In this document: piece by piece, positions 27,278 through 40,673 of the stretch
Layout of the letters: every line of letters starts with the position of its first letter
How positions within the stretch are numbered: the stretch's first letter is position 1
Source of the DNA: Tubiluchus corallicola
Lineage: Eukaryota > Animalia > Priapulida
Reading direction: 5' to 3'
NCBI GenBank assembly: GCA_030141605.1
Contig: JAQGDQ010000598.1
Location: 63,769-127,768, forward strand
DNA length: 64,000 bases
Notes under the pieces: generated by a model
The model's database searches: none
Seen by the model: the letters and a program-made list of their open reading frames with translations, nothing else
What the model was told of the DNA's origin: nothing
Translations under genes and position numbers: made by a program

Positions 27278-27949
27278 AATACACCCTGACAAAAGACGTC
27301 TTTGGCTGCTCAGCAGATTGAGTTGTAGGGAAGTCTAATTGAGTTGGCAATATCTCCAACTTCGATTACATTCAAACTAACCCATATCAGTCATTTAATG
27401 GGCTTCATATGAACGAGTATAAATCTGTATAATGTAGTTAAGTCTCCATTATTGTCTGTAGTTTGATTAACTTTGCTTACCTAATGTCCATTTGTCTAAA
27501 ATTGCACTAGACCTTCAGACGTATCGATCGTGTTTTAATGCTCCAGATTCGTGATGAATGAAATAAGAGATGGAATGGAATCATTTTGAACGAGTAGAGA
27601 ATGTTCTCGCACATTTTCACTCGCGATCTATAATCAAAACTACTAACTTTAGGTCATTGAACATGTGTTGCCATCTATGTTTCAATTTCTTAATTTTCTT
27701 TGTTGTTATCACTTGACTCAGTTTTAAGTAAGTAAACATTTATCATCATCATCAATTGTAAATAGTGTAAAGGATGTATTACTAGTATAAATAAAGTATT
27801 TTACAGTTCAACGCAGATTTCATATTCAGAATTCTAACCACCAGAGTGAATGAATCTGAAGTCTTTATCTTCTGTTTTAATATATCTTCCAAGCTACAAA
27901 TTTTCTACAAGTTCAGGTATCAGCTATAAGTTTTCTACAAATGTGTGAG

Positions 27950-28400
27950 TGAATGAGCGAACGAAAAGATTATCTATAATAGAATGAATGAATGAATTTT
28001 CAGCGAGCGAATGAATGAATAAACGAATTTTCTACGTACGAATGGATAAAAAGAATGAATGAACGAATTTGAACAAGCTAATGAATGACAAGAATGAATG
28101 AATGAATGAATTTTAACGTGCGAATGAATGAGTGAATTTTAACGTGCGAATGAATGAATGAATTTTAACGTGCGACTGAATGAATAAATGAATGAATGAA
28201 TGAATTTTAATGTGCAAATGAATGAATGAATGAATTTTCTACGTGCAAATGAACGAAAAGAATGAATTTTAACGTGCGAATGAATGAATGAATGAATTTT
28301 AATGTACGAATGAATGAATGAATGAATGAATTTTAATGTGCAAATGATTGAATGAGGGAATTTTAATGTGAAAATGAATGAATGAATGAAGTTTAATGTC
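27950..28400. repeat. Compound repeat of (GAAT)n blocks separated by TTTAA(C/T)GTGC
   Basis: Seen directly. Confidence 0.85.
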
Positions 28401-29093
28401 CAAATGGGTGAAAAGAAGTCATCCAAATGGGTGAACGAAAAAGCGAACAAGAAAACGGAAAAAAAGGCAAAAAAGACAAAAATTTTAAATAAAATACACA
28501 AACTGCATATAAGGACGGTTCGAATCAATGAAAAAATATAAAAAACTAAATGCGAAAAATGCAGGAACGGAAACCAAAGAAAGAAACGAGACGCGAATTC
28601 TGCAAGTTGCTTTGATTCTGTTTTCCCGTGAATTTAAACTACTGTGTCCAGCATGCATTTTTAATGAAGGTAAGAAATTTAATAATGCCCATGCAGCTTT
28701 AAAGAGAAATCCGCTTTCAAACTTGAGTGTTTTTAAAACAAGATTTTTCCATTAGCCGTCTGAGTTTGTGCCCATTTTCTAAAGTTTTTTTAATGTTTGA
28801 AACTCATAATGGAACTTTCTTCACTGATTCACAATATCAACTGTATGTTTCATTTAAGAATTTCTTTTTCTTAAATACAAACGAACGTTGAAGAAGAAAT
28901 GCAAAAAATAAACTAAATATAAAAAAGATGGATGGCGTGACAAAATTAATAGTATTTCGTTTAGTATATGTACTCGCTAGTTCAGGGGATACGTCTTAAG
29001 TAACTCAGTACACTGTACTTATCTTCAACGTGGTCCCGATTATTATTATCTGTGATTGTGAACGAGGCTGATTTACCATTGATGATGTATGAC

Positions 29094-29523
29094 TAAGGGT
29101 GTGCATCGAACGTTCGAGTTCGAACGTTCGAATCGAATTCGAATGTTCGAATTCGATTCGAACGAGTTTTTAAGTTCGAATTCGATTGGAACCTGAAATT
29201 ATAGATTCGAATAATTCAACACTCCAGCCACACACGTTCTTTATCATTAAAATGTTTGAAACAGCAAGCAATTAGCACAATTTAGCTGCAGTTTTACAGC
29301 AGAACAAAATCAAGTAACATGCATGATCTTTGTAAGACCACTTTTTACTGGTGGTTCGTAAACTGGTTCGAAAATCTTTCAAATTCAATTCGAATTCGAT
29401 TCGGATTCGAAATACTGAAACTGGGTTCGATTCGAGTTCGAAAGTCACAAATTCGATTCGATTCTGGTAGATCACAAATTCGAGTCGATTCCTTCGCTTT
29501 CTGGTAGAGAATGATCACCCCTA
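29094..29523. mobile_element. hAT-type MITE with TTCGA subterminal repeats
   Basis: Termini TAAGGGTGTGCAT / ATGATCACCCCTA, many TTCGA(A/T) motifs at both ends, and 8-bp flanks TGTATGAC / TCTGTGAC (6/8 match). Confidence 0.7.
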
Positions 29524-31429
29524 TCTGTGACTCCGTTTATGATCTATGATCTAGAACTGGGATAGCTTTTTGCGAAGTCGCGCTGAGAGTCTGAAATTTC
29601 GTCAAATTTTCGGTTGGTTGACACTTAACAAGTCACGCCACCCACGTGTTACCGCGTTTTTGTCACTTGTGAAAGAAATGGCGTTATGAACGGACGATCA
29701 GTGACGAATTCATAGTTGCCAGTGTCGTATAAGTGTTGTTTTACTGAATTACCTGTAAGTCTTGCAGATTCAGTGTAAAGAACAGGCTAATTATTGTTAT
29801 TGTTGTTGATGATGATGTTAAAATTGCCAACCAAAGTAAGCCTCAGAAAATTCGCAATAAAAATTTATATCACATAAGTACAATCTTAAAAGCGAATAAA
29901 GTACTCGCGTTTTCGCATTTATTCCAATTTTTGTAAAATGTTTCAACCGTTGCAGTAAACGTTGGCGCAGCCAATTGAAAAGCCAGCATGTGTTTGATCA
30001 CGTGACATGACATCATTCGAACACAGTCGCAGTGAGTTCTGAGCACGTGTACTATAAAGATTTGTGTTGTGGTTCTGTGACGTCATCTAATATGGCGCCG
30101 CCGTGACAGTCTCGCGGGAGTATTTAAAATGAAAACAAACAGGAAATTCTTTTAACGTAAGTAAGATAAACGCTTAAGATTGCCTCTAACCGTTATAATT
30201 CTTTAGCGAAAATTTTCTGAGACTTGCTTTAACTAGGCCTTTCCTTGACCTTTAAAAAATTAATATGTACAGAATCAAAAGTTTACAAATTAAAAATCAG
30301 ATAAAAAGCAGCGCTTCAATATCAATAAATCATACCACCTCCTAAATATTCTACTATAAAATCGTACTCTGTTTAGTTGCATAATATAGGATTTACAATA
30401 GAATTTGCGGATCCAATCTAGCGTCACCTGTTTCCTAACTTGTGCAGTCAAGATGAAAATGAGTCTGCAAGACCAGCATAACGTGCAACTGTTGCGTAAG
30501 TCAAGGCGCCATATTTTGCTGGTTTATCTAATTATGGCATGTTAAACTTATAAGATATCGAGGCCTTCGGGAGCGAAAGGTAAAATTTTGACGGACATTG
30601 AACAGCAAAATGATTTGCTAATGAGGTTTTTACAAAAAGAACAGAGTTACTGTTGTGAAGAAGATGAAATTAATGAAGTAGACGTAAGCGAAAAAGAGGA
30701 GAAAAATTTTCACTTGAAAAGGTTGAGGGAAATTTAGCCCAAAGCGTGTAGCATGTACATGAAGACTTCAGCTAAATTATTGAAACTTTGATTGCTGTTA
30801 AAGGAAAAGCCAAGTCTCTTGGGAAGTTGAGCTTTTTTTAATATTTGGGGAAAATGTTAGAAGGTTTCAGCAATAAAATTGTGATAAGCTTTTCGTATAA
30901 TTAATAAAATCAACTTAAAGTCGTCGTCACTTTACGCTTGGGGGCGCTCCTCATTTTAGACGAAAAATGGCGTCTAGGACGTAAAGTTTGAGGGGCATTT
31001 TTTAACACATCACAGACAGTCACTGGGCTCAGCTTTTATATAAGTGCCACATAACGAACAGGTGCAAGGTATTACGCAACAAGCAGTTGTGCAACCTTTC
31101 GAATATAAGCGCTACACAAATACGTGCAATTAATAATGACATTATTAATGCTTGTACGAAGCTTATACGAAATCTTGATACGATACCCCTGAGGCTCCCA
31201 CGCTAAATATTGAGGGCATGTTAGATTCCCTATTAATCCAGTAATAGCACAAAAAACGTTCCATGAACAAAAAGCTTAAAAATCATCTTGAAATTTTATA
31301 TCACTCACATACTACCTTTTTGCATGCAGGACTTCCATCGACAGTAACACTCTATAAAACATTTAAACTCCCGCGATACATTTAAATCTCCCGGATGCGG
31401 CCATTTTGACAACAAGTCATTCGAAACAA

Positions 31430-31915
31430 GTTTGGATAATATTTGTAAAGTTTGAAAAAATAATCAGAGCATTCGTAGCATACATGCTACTAACTGTATC
31501 TTGTCTCTTCTCAATAAGATTAAAAATACGTTTTTGGTTAGTGAGTGGTGCACCCTGGAGGTGAGTCAACAACACTTTACCATTTGGTGAAAACATTTTA
31601 AATAATTAATAATTTTCTTTCCTAGTTATCAAAGTCTTTCAAGCAGGTAAACGAAATGCTAAATAATATAACCTTTTATGGAATTCTTTTGGGACATAGT
31701 TTAACATTTCCTTTCTTCCCCTGATTTACATTGTGCGTATATGACGTCATGTAATGACGCCATCGGAACAGTATCGCGCGAAGTTAAAAACGAAAACAAA
31801 CAAAAGTTCCTTTCAACGTGAGTACGATGAACGCATAAAACGGCTACAAAGGAATTTAATTTTTAAGGTGATTTTTCAGAAACCTACTTCTGGTACCCCT
31901 TTTCTTGTCCTTGAA
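31430..31915 (-). mobile_element. Kolobok-like MITE family A, inverted partial copy (other diverged pieces ~30070-30255, ~36624-36790, ~57610-58066, ~61083-61560)
   Basis: Reverse complement of 3141-3640, ending TTTTCTTGTCCT; related ends TTTTCTTGTGCTTTAA (58066) and TTAAGGGACAAGAAAA (61083). Confidence 0.7.
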
Positions 31916-32006
31916 CGTAATGAATTCACGTGTACTATTACTCCTCGTCTATTACTGTAACCCGTAGCAAAAATTTGCCTACTACTCTGTTTATTTTAAC
32001 ACATCT

Positions 32007-32456
32007 CTGCTGACTCCTGCAGCTTCTTATTGTTGATAATGCGTAGGTTTCGGTCCAACCACCACTGCCAACATTGGTTAGACCTACGCATTAAGTCTCT
32101 GCTACATCCAGCTTGCAGAGAGAAGGATAAAAACAACAAAAACTAGACGAATTTCACTGCTGACTCCTGCAGCTTCTTATTGTTGATAATGACTAGGTTT
32201 CGGTCCAACCACCACTGCCAACATTGGTTAGACCTACGCATTAAGTCTCTGCTACATCCAGCTTGCAGAGAGAAGGATAAAAACAACAAAAACTAGACGA
32301 ATTTCACTGCTGACTCCTGCAGCTTCTTATTGTTGATAATGACTAGGTTTCGGTCCAACCACCACTGCCAACATTGGTTAGACTTACGCATTAAGTCTCT
32401 GCTACATCCAGCTTGCAGAGAGAGGGAATAAAAATAAAAAACTAGACGAATTTCAC
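32007..32456 (-). repeat. Tandem array, 150-bp unit x3, each unit with a hammerhead-like motif on the minus strand
   Basis: TGACTCCTGCAGC at 32011, 32161 and 32311. Minus strand: ATGCGTA-GGTCTAACCA-loop-TGGTTGGACC-GAAAC-CTA-GTC. The repeat is certain; the ribozyme is a hypothesis. Confidence 0.9.
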
Positions 32457-33610
32457 AACTTTCTACGGTAAGCATATTTGATTGCATTCGAGCAGTAAAA
32501 GCGAATATTCCAGAAATAATTTAGCCAAAAATTGCCTTTCATTCGACGATAAATACTCGTTGAGTTTGCAAATTTGACGTTATTTTCTCTCGAGATGGTT
32601 ATAGATGGCGCTTTTGTAACATATCCAAATGAAACAGAGACCGTATGTAGCAGTTAAAATAAAGGAATCCCGAAATATTATTAAATAAATCGCAATGTTA
32701 GTGGATTTTGATCTAGTGCCTAATTTACCTGGCTTCTCAGGCTTTGCAATCCGTGTGGTGTTGAATCCGGGATTATTCTGTTATGTTTCTCGATTCTGGG
32801 TAATGCGTTTAATCCAGGGCTTAATTTATTATGTTTATAGGTTCTGCGTAGTGTTAAATCAGTGGCTTAATTTACTGTGCTTACGTCCTGTGCACTGATT
32901 TAAATGCCACGCTTGCGCAGAAAGTGACCGAAAGTGACCACTAGACTCGCGCAAAAAGAGAGACAACAATAGGCGCCATGTGCTAATACAAATTAATTAG
33001 TTGCCATGGAAACTGTTTACCTTAGCTAGCACACTGCTATTGAGACTGCCTGGTATTTTTGTGAGCATTGATTGAGATCAAAACACTAAAATTAGCAATT
33101 TTTTTTAGAAAACTTTTTATTTAAAAAATAATTCAGCAACACGCCGCTTAATGGTGTTGCCTCAAAGACACATAATTCTAGCATTTAGTTGTTTAGTTTA
33201 AATCTAAATTAGTGGCTGATTTAAAGATGGTTTTTCTCATTATAAGATTTCACTTTTTCACAGCACCTCTTTATTTTGTTAAATGAAAATAGTCTCCACA
33301 ATTTTACGATATTATTTTAAGTTTATTTTCTAGTTTATACTTTGTATAGTTCTTTGTTAACCACTGTCCTCTGTAACACACAACAAATAGTTTGATTTTT
33401 GCCTTTTACTCTTAACAAGGCTGACAGCAATACGATGAGTATGAAACAACTGCTACTATATAAGTGCCACATAACGAACAAGTGCAAGGTTTAACACAAC
33501 AAGCAGTTGTGCAACCTACTTGAATATAAGCGCTATACGAATACGTGCAATTACTAATGACATTATTAATGCTTATACGAAACAATACCAGGTAAACGGC
33601 CATAATTGTT

Positions 33611-33940
33611 ATCACTAATATAACTTCTACGGACAAGAATCAAAGTGGTTCACTCATCCATTCACTGACCAGTCTCAGCGTCACATACTTAATTATTTCA
33701 ATCGTCAACACGACACCGAATCACTAATATAACTTCTACGGACAAGAATCAAAGTGGTTCACTCATCCATTCACTGACCAGTCTCAGCGTCACATACTTA
33801 ATTATTTCAATCGCCAACACGACACCGAATCACTAATATAACTTCTACGGACAAGAATCAAAGTGGTTCACTCATCCATTCACTGACCAGTCTCAGCGTC
33901 ACATACTTAATTATTTCAATCTACAACACGACACCGAATC
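33611..33940. repeat. Tandem repeat, 109-bp unit x3
   Basis: ATCACTAATATAACTTCTACGGACAAG at 33611, 33720 and 33829; near-identical copies. Confidence 0.97.
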
Positions 33941-34759
33941 CGCTAAACCATGCATTTGGCCGTTTATTAGATCAGCAAAACTATATTTCGACTTTGAACA
34001 GCTTCAGTTGAAGTGCTGAAGTGGTCAGCGCACCAGCTAGAGGTCGCTGACTGACCTATCTGCATTTCGCGCTCGAGTAACTGCGCAGCTTTTCCTCGAT
34101 TTTGCGCTTTTTCTGATTTCACGCATCTTGCTACATTTTCTCGTTGAGCAGACGCTATTTTAACAGAGACTTAATAAGATCCATCGGTTGCGATGAATTC
34201 CGCGTCCTTTCATTAATGAATCGCTTTGAAGCGTCTACGACCATCAGTCTTAATGCACAAAGCAGAGAGTCTATTGACTCTGTTCATTTATACTGGTCTT
34301 TAGTAAATGAAATACTAATAAACGGGCAGTTTCATAACAAACTTAACGACGGCTTTGCAACGAAGGAGTCATTTTTCAAAATGTCTGCCAGACGACAGCA
34401 GCCATTTTCTTTCACAGACAGCAATATAAATTATAAAGACTGATAAAAACTAGCTTGTCGAGAACAGCGATAAAATTTGTTTTTAATTTTCATTTAATAC
34501 ATTAGACTGAATGTTTTATCTAAAGTTTGTTCTCGAGAAGTATTATTAATGTTTGATGTCCATTGCCGTGTCCCCTGTTTATATTTGTAAATGTAAACAA
34601 TAAACAAATGAGTTAAAACATCATGATGTTCTTATTTACATTATCATATCATAACATACAATCTGTAAATGAAAATATATAAGTGTTAGTAGACGTCACA
34701 ACATATTACAATTCAATATATAATCCTGGGAATTTCTGTCCTGACACCTACAGTGTATT

Positions 34760-36125
34760 TATTAAGTTCAGAGATAGCATTGCCTTTAAACGTGGGGGAA
34801 ACTTTACTTCCCTTTAATTACAGTTAGTACATATTAAGTTTAGAGATAACTTTGCCTCTAAAAGTGGAGAAAACTTTACTTCCCTTTAACTACAGTGAGT
34901 ACATATTAAGTTTAGAGATAGCTTTGCCTCTATACGTGGGGAAAACTTTACTTCCCTTTAACTACAGTTGGTACATATTAAGTTTAGAGATAGTTTTGCC
35001 TCCAAACGTGGGGAAAACTTTACTTCCCTTTAACTACAGTTGGTACATATTAAGTTTAGAGATAGCTTTGCCTTTAAACGTGGGGAAACTTTACTTCCCT
35101 TTAACTACAGTTAGTACATATTAAGTTTAGAGATAGTTTTGCCTTTAAACGTGGGGAAACTTTACTTCCCTTTAACTACAGTTAGTACATATTAAGTTTA
35201 GAGATAGCTTTGCCTTTAAACGTGGGGAAACTTTACTTCCCTTTAACTACAGTTGGTACATATTAAGTTTAGAGATAGTTTTGCCTTTAAACGTGGGGAA
35301 ACTTTACTTCCCTTTAACTACAGTTGGTACATATTAAGTTTAGAGATAGCTTTGCCTCTAAACCTGAGAAAACTTTACTTCCCTCTAACTACAGTCGGTA
35401 CATATTAAGTTTAGAGATAGCTTTGCCTCTAAACGTGGGGAAACTTTACTTCCCTTTAACTACAGTTAGTACATATTAAGTTAAGAGATAGCTTTGCTTC
35501 TAAACGTGGAGAAAACTTTACTTCCCTTTAACTACAGTTAGTGCATATTAAGTTTAGAGATAGCTTTACCTCTAAACGTGGGGAAACTTTACTTCCCTTT
35601 AACTACAGTTAGTGCATATTAAGTTTAGAGATAGCTTTACCTCTAAACGTGGGGAAACTTTACTTCCCTTTAACTACAGTTAGTGCATATTAAGTTTAGA
35701 GATAGCTTTACCTCTAAACGTGGGGAAACTTTACTTCCCTTTAACTACAGTTAGTGCATATTAAGTTTAGAGATAGCTTTGCCTCTAAACGTGGGGAAAC
35801 TTTACTTCCCTTTAACTACAGTTAGTGCATATTAAGTTTAGAGATAGCTTTACCTCTAAACATGGAGAAAACTTTACTTCCCTTTAACTACAGTTAGTAC
35901 ATATTAAGTTAAGAGATAGCTTTGCCTCCAAACGTGGGGAAACTTTACTTCCCTTTAACTACAGTTAGTACATATTAAGTTCTCTAAACGTGGGAAAACT
36001 TTACTTCCCTTTAACTACAGTTAGTACATATTAAGTTCTCTAAACGTGGGAAAACTTTACTTCCCTTTAACTACAGTTAGTACATATTAAGTTTAGAGAT
36101 AGCTTTGTATCTAAACGTGGGGAAA
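34760..36125. repeat. Minisatellite, 71-72 bp unit x~19
   Basis: TATTAAGTTTAGAGATAGCTTTGCCT(C/T)TAAACGTGGGGAAACTTTACTTCCCTTTAACTACAGTTAGTACA repeated; two units near 35980-36040 carry an internal deletion. Confidence 0.97.
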
Positions 36126-37777
36126 GTTCGGCTCCGTCAACTATCATGACCATCAGGTCTTTTCCAACAAGTTATTTCTTGCCTCATACTTCATACCAGG
36201 CCTATTCATTAAACAATTACACGGTTAATGATACGATAAGACAAGTTTACCATATACATACATGTACAGTCGAACTACATAAGTAACTATGTACTCTTTC
36301 TTTAAGTACTTCGCACAGTTATTTATACATAGCAAATGTAAATTTGCTTACTTCGGAAATGAGTTTCCGACACAGCCGGTAAAATCCCGTATGTCTTGGA
36401 AGCTGTTTTTAGCTCTTGCTAATTGGTTTCATTGCAATCTTTGTGAAGTTGACATTAATCTCATGTATCGTAAGTTTCGTGAACTGTTACTTAAAGCATT
36501 CTGCGATCGGTAAAGCTTTTATACAAAGGAAAGATGTCAAAACGTAAAAGGAATTAATGAAATTTTCCGCTTTTACGTAGTATGTTTACACAAAATTTCC
36601 CACCAGAGTAACAAGCTCCAACCTTAAAGGGCAGTAACAAAGAATTTTAAAGTATAGGATATCCCAAAAAACTTTCTAATCAAAGTTATATTACTTAGCA
36701 TTACACTTACCTGTTTGAAAGACTTATATAATTGGAGAAGAAAATTCTTTATAATTTAAAAGTGTTCGTGTCACCTGGTAAAACGACACGGTACCTCTAC
36801 GACCCGATGACCTTTCTCCACCCAGCCTCTTTCTCATATTAGGAAAACCTCCTATTGAGTTGTATGAGGCACTAAACTTGAGTTGAATTGAATTTTAATG
36901 ACATAATAATGTAGAATTCTAAATAATGCCCAAAGTCTGGGCCTGATTATGACCTGTTACAGTCCATAGACTAATGAAATTATGGGACCCCTCTGACGAA
37001 GCCACTCTCTGATTTGTCTGGAATATTTTGCATTTGTGATATATTCCAGCAACATTTGCATAGCTGGGGGCTCCATGTTTGAAATAAAGAGCTTCACGGA
37101 GGGGCCTTTATCTCAAACAAGGCTCAAAAAAAGGCCCCGAACAAGGGGAAGGCCTCAAACAGGGCTTCTTTATCTCAAATGAGAAGCCACTTCAAAATTG
37201 GATTTTCCAACTTCTTGGCTTCTTTCTTAAATTTGAAATTCTATTTTAAGTTACATGAATTATTCAATAATGCAAAGTATGGGCCCAAAGCTTTTGAGGG
37301 GCCCTAGGCTGTAGCCTATAATAGCCCATAGGATCACCCTGCCCTGCATAAAGTGACGCAGAACAGCCTTGCGTCGTTCGCATACATTTGATACGTACCG
37401 TAATATCCAAATTCTTCCAACATTGATTCTCCTGTATCTAATCCCAGTTGTCAGTAGATTTGTTGAATTCCCTCGTAAAACCCAAGTGCAATGGCTTCGC
37501 GGTTTTACTGTGAATTTGTCTTCAGTGCAGCTAAATGGCTGGTAAAGAGTTATGCGCATTTATTTTATTTCACGTGACATATATCTTTCTGTAGCAGACA
37601 CTGCTGCTCATAAAAAGGCTATATATACACTTTCAGAAGATTAAAACGCATTTGAGAGCAGCTATTATTGGCTTTAGGTTGACTGTATTATGGAGAGTTT
37701 TATATGTTTTGCAAAACATAAAATGCCTGAAAGACAAAACGTGCATGTCAAGTGTGGCGTCTTGTTACATGACTGTG

Positions 37778-39775
37778 TGAAACAGTTTTGAATGAAGGAG
37801 GAGTTCTCTAGCCATTACAGGATGCTGGCACACTTACGACTGAAGTCGGTGTAAAACAGTTCTGGACGAAGGAGGAGTTCTCTAGTCATTACAGGACGCT
37901 GGCACACTTACGACTGAAGTCGGTGGAAAATAGCTCTGGACGAAAGAGAAGTTCTCTAGCCATCACAGGACGCTGGCACACTTACGACTGAATTCGGTGT
38001 AAAACAGTTCTGGACGAAGGAGTTCTCTAGCCATTACAGGACACTGGCACACTTACGACTGAAGTCGGTGTAAAACAGTTCTGGACGGAGGAGGAGTTCT
38101 CTAGCCATTACAGGATGCTGGCACACTTACGACTGAAGTCGGTGGAAAACAGTTCTGGACGAAGGAGGAGTTCTCTAGCCATTACAGGACACTGGCACGC
38201 TTACGACTGAAGTCGGTATAAAACAGTTCTGGACGAAGGAGGAGTTCTCTAGCCATTACAGGACACTGGCACACTTACGACTGAAGTCGGTGTAAAACAG
38301 TTCTGGACGGAGGAGGAGTTCTCTAGCCATTACAGGATGCTGGCACACTTACGACTGAAGTCGGTGGAAAACAGTTCTGGACGAAGGAGGAGTTCTCTAG
38401 CCATTACAGGACACTGGCACGCTTACGACTGAAGTCGGTATAAAACAGTTCTGGACGAAGGAGGAGTTCTCTAGCCATTACAGGACACTGGCACACTTAC
38501 GACTGAAGTCGGTGTAAAACAGTTCTGGACGGAGGAGGAGTTCTCTAGCCATTACAGGATGCTGGCACACTTACGACTGAAGTCGGTGGAAAACAGTTCT
38601 GGACCAAGGAGGAGTTCTCTAGCCATTACAGGACACTGGCACGCTTACGACTGAAGTCGGTGTAAAACAGTTCTGGACGAAGGAGGAGTTCTCTAGCCAT
38701 TACAGGACACTGGCACACTTACGACTGAAGTCGGTGTAAAACAGTTCTGGACGAAGGAGGAGTTCTCTAGCCATTACAGGACGCTGGCACACTTACGACT
38801 GAAGTCGGTGTAAAACAGTTCTGGACGAAGGAGGAGTTCTCTAGCCATTACAGGACGCTGGCACACTTACGACTGAAGTCGGTATAAAACAGTTCTGGAC
38901 GAAGGAGGAGTTCTCTAGCCATTACAGGACGCTGGCACTCTTACGACTGAAGTCGGTATAAAACAGTTCTGGACGAAGGAGGAGTTCTCTAGCCATTACA
39001 GGATGCTGGCACGCTTATGACTGAAGTCGGTGGCAAAACACTTCTGGACGAAGGAGGAGTTCTCTAGCCATTACAGGACGCTGGCACTCTTACGACTGAA
39101 GTCGGTGTAAAACAGTTCTGGACGAAGGAGGAGTTCTCTAGCCATTACAGGACGCTGGCACGCTTATGACTAAAGTCGGTGGCAAAACACTTCTGGACGA
39201 AGGAGGAGTTCTCTAGCCATTACAGGACGCTGGCACACTTACGACTGAAGTCGGTATAAAACAGTTCTGGACGAAGGAGGAGTTCTCTAGCCATTACAGG
39301 ACGCTGGCACTCTACGACTGAAGTCAGTGTAAAACAGTTCTGGACGAAGGAGGAGTTCTCTAGCCATTACAGGACGCTGGCACTCTTACGACTGAAGTCA
39401 GTGTAAAACAGTTCTGGACGAAGGAGGAGTTCTCTAGCCATTACAGGACGCTGGCACGCTTACGATTGAAGTCGGTGGCAAAACACTTCTGGACGAAGGA
39501 GGAGTTCTCTAGCCATTACAGGAGCTGGCACACTTACGACTGAAGTCGGTGTAAACAGTTCTGGACGAAGGAGGAGTTCTCTAGCCATTACAGGAGCTGG
39601 CACACTTACGACTGAAGTCGGTGTAAAACAGTTCTGGACGAAGGAGGAGTTCTCTAGCCATTACAGGACACTGGCACACTTACGACTGAAGTCGGTGTAA
39701 AACAGTTCTGGACGAAGGAGGAGTTCTCTAGCCATTACAGGACGCTGGCACACTTACGACTGAAGTCTGTAAAAC
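37778..39775. repeat. Minisatellite, 74-bp unit x~27
   Basis: GAAGGAGGAGTTCTCTAGCCATTACAGGAC(G/A)CTGGCACACTTACGACTGAAGTCGGTGTAAAACAGTTCTGGAC repeated head-to-tail with no spacers. Confidence 0.98.
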
Positions 39776-40436
39776 TTGCTTTCAGGAATCGTCAGAAAAG
39801 TGCCGTTGGCACATTCAGGATAAAATTTGGTGGCCCTTTTGTCTAGCAGACCTTTGTTCACCTGCCCACCGATGTGTGTTTAGTGGACCAAAGCAAAGCA
39901 ATGCTGAGCCCGGCAGTAAATAGATGGGCGACTGCTTGGAAAGCTGTCTCTAGGTTTCTTCACATGTCATATTGTCTCCAGCTGTTTACGTCTTTGAGGA
40001 GAACACATAAGCAATCAAAAATGTTTCAACCAGTTCAGTGCTTTCTGATCTTATAGGCTTGAACATGCCTAGGTTCTGGTCCTGAAATAAACGTTAACCC
40101 ATGTCAGGGAGTGCCGAATGCCAGCTTGCAGTCAGTCGAAATCTATACAAAAAAAAACCTACAACAACTAATTTCCTATCTTGAAGCCAGAAGACAAATG
40201 TTTACAGCCTTAATCCGCTATAAGCAGAAATTATTCACAAGGTTACTCATCATCGCTACCCACATTTGTCCAAAGGGACATTATGTCAGTGCCATATAAT
40301 AATGGATATGAGTTCACCTCTTTGGGATATTGGGATAAATAATAACTTTTTAGCCGAAAGTTGCAGTAAACAAACTCGGCTTGAATTGAATTCTCTTGAC
40401 AAGTCAAGAACACCAGCTGTTTCATGAATACAGGCT

Positions 40437-40594
40437 ATCACCATCATCGGTATCATGATCATCATCGTCGTCGTTGTCATCATCATCATCATCTTCTTCG
40501 TTATCATCATGGTCATCATTATCATCATTATCGTCATCATCATCGTTATCACCATCGTCTTCTTTATTATCTTCATTGTCGCCATGATCATCAC

Positions 40595-40673
<79 letters not shown>
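40437..40673. repeat. (ATC/GTC)n degenerate plus (AAT)n microsatellite
   Basis: Seen directly. Confidence 0.95.

Noticed and set aside
37778-39775. CRISPR-like appearance of regular arrays (also 34760-36125 and 51268-53054)
   Set aside because: Units are head-to-tail with no unique spacers, there are no cas genes, and the context is eukaryotic.
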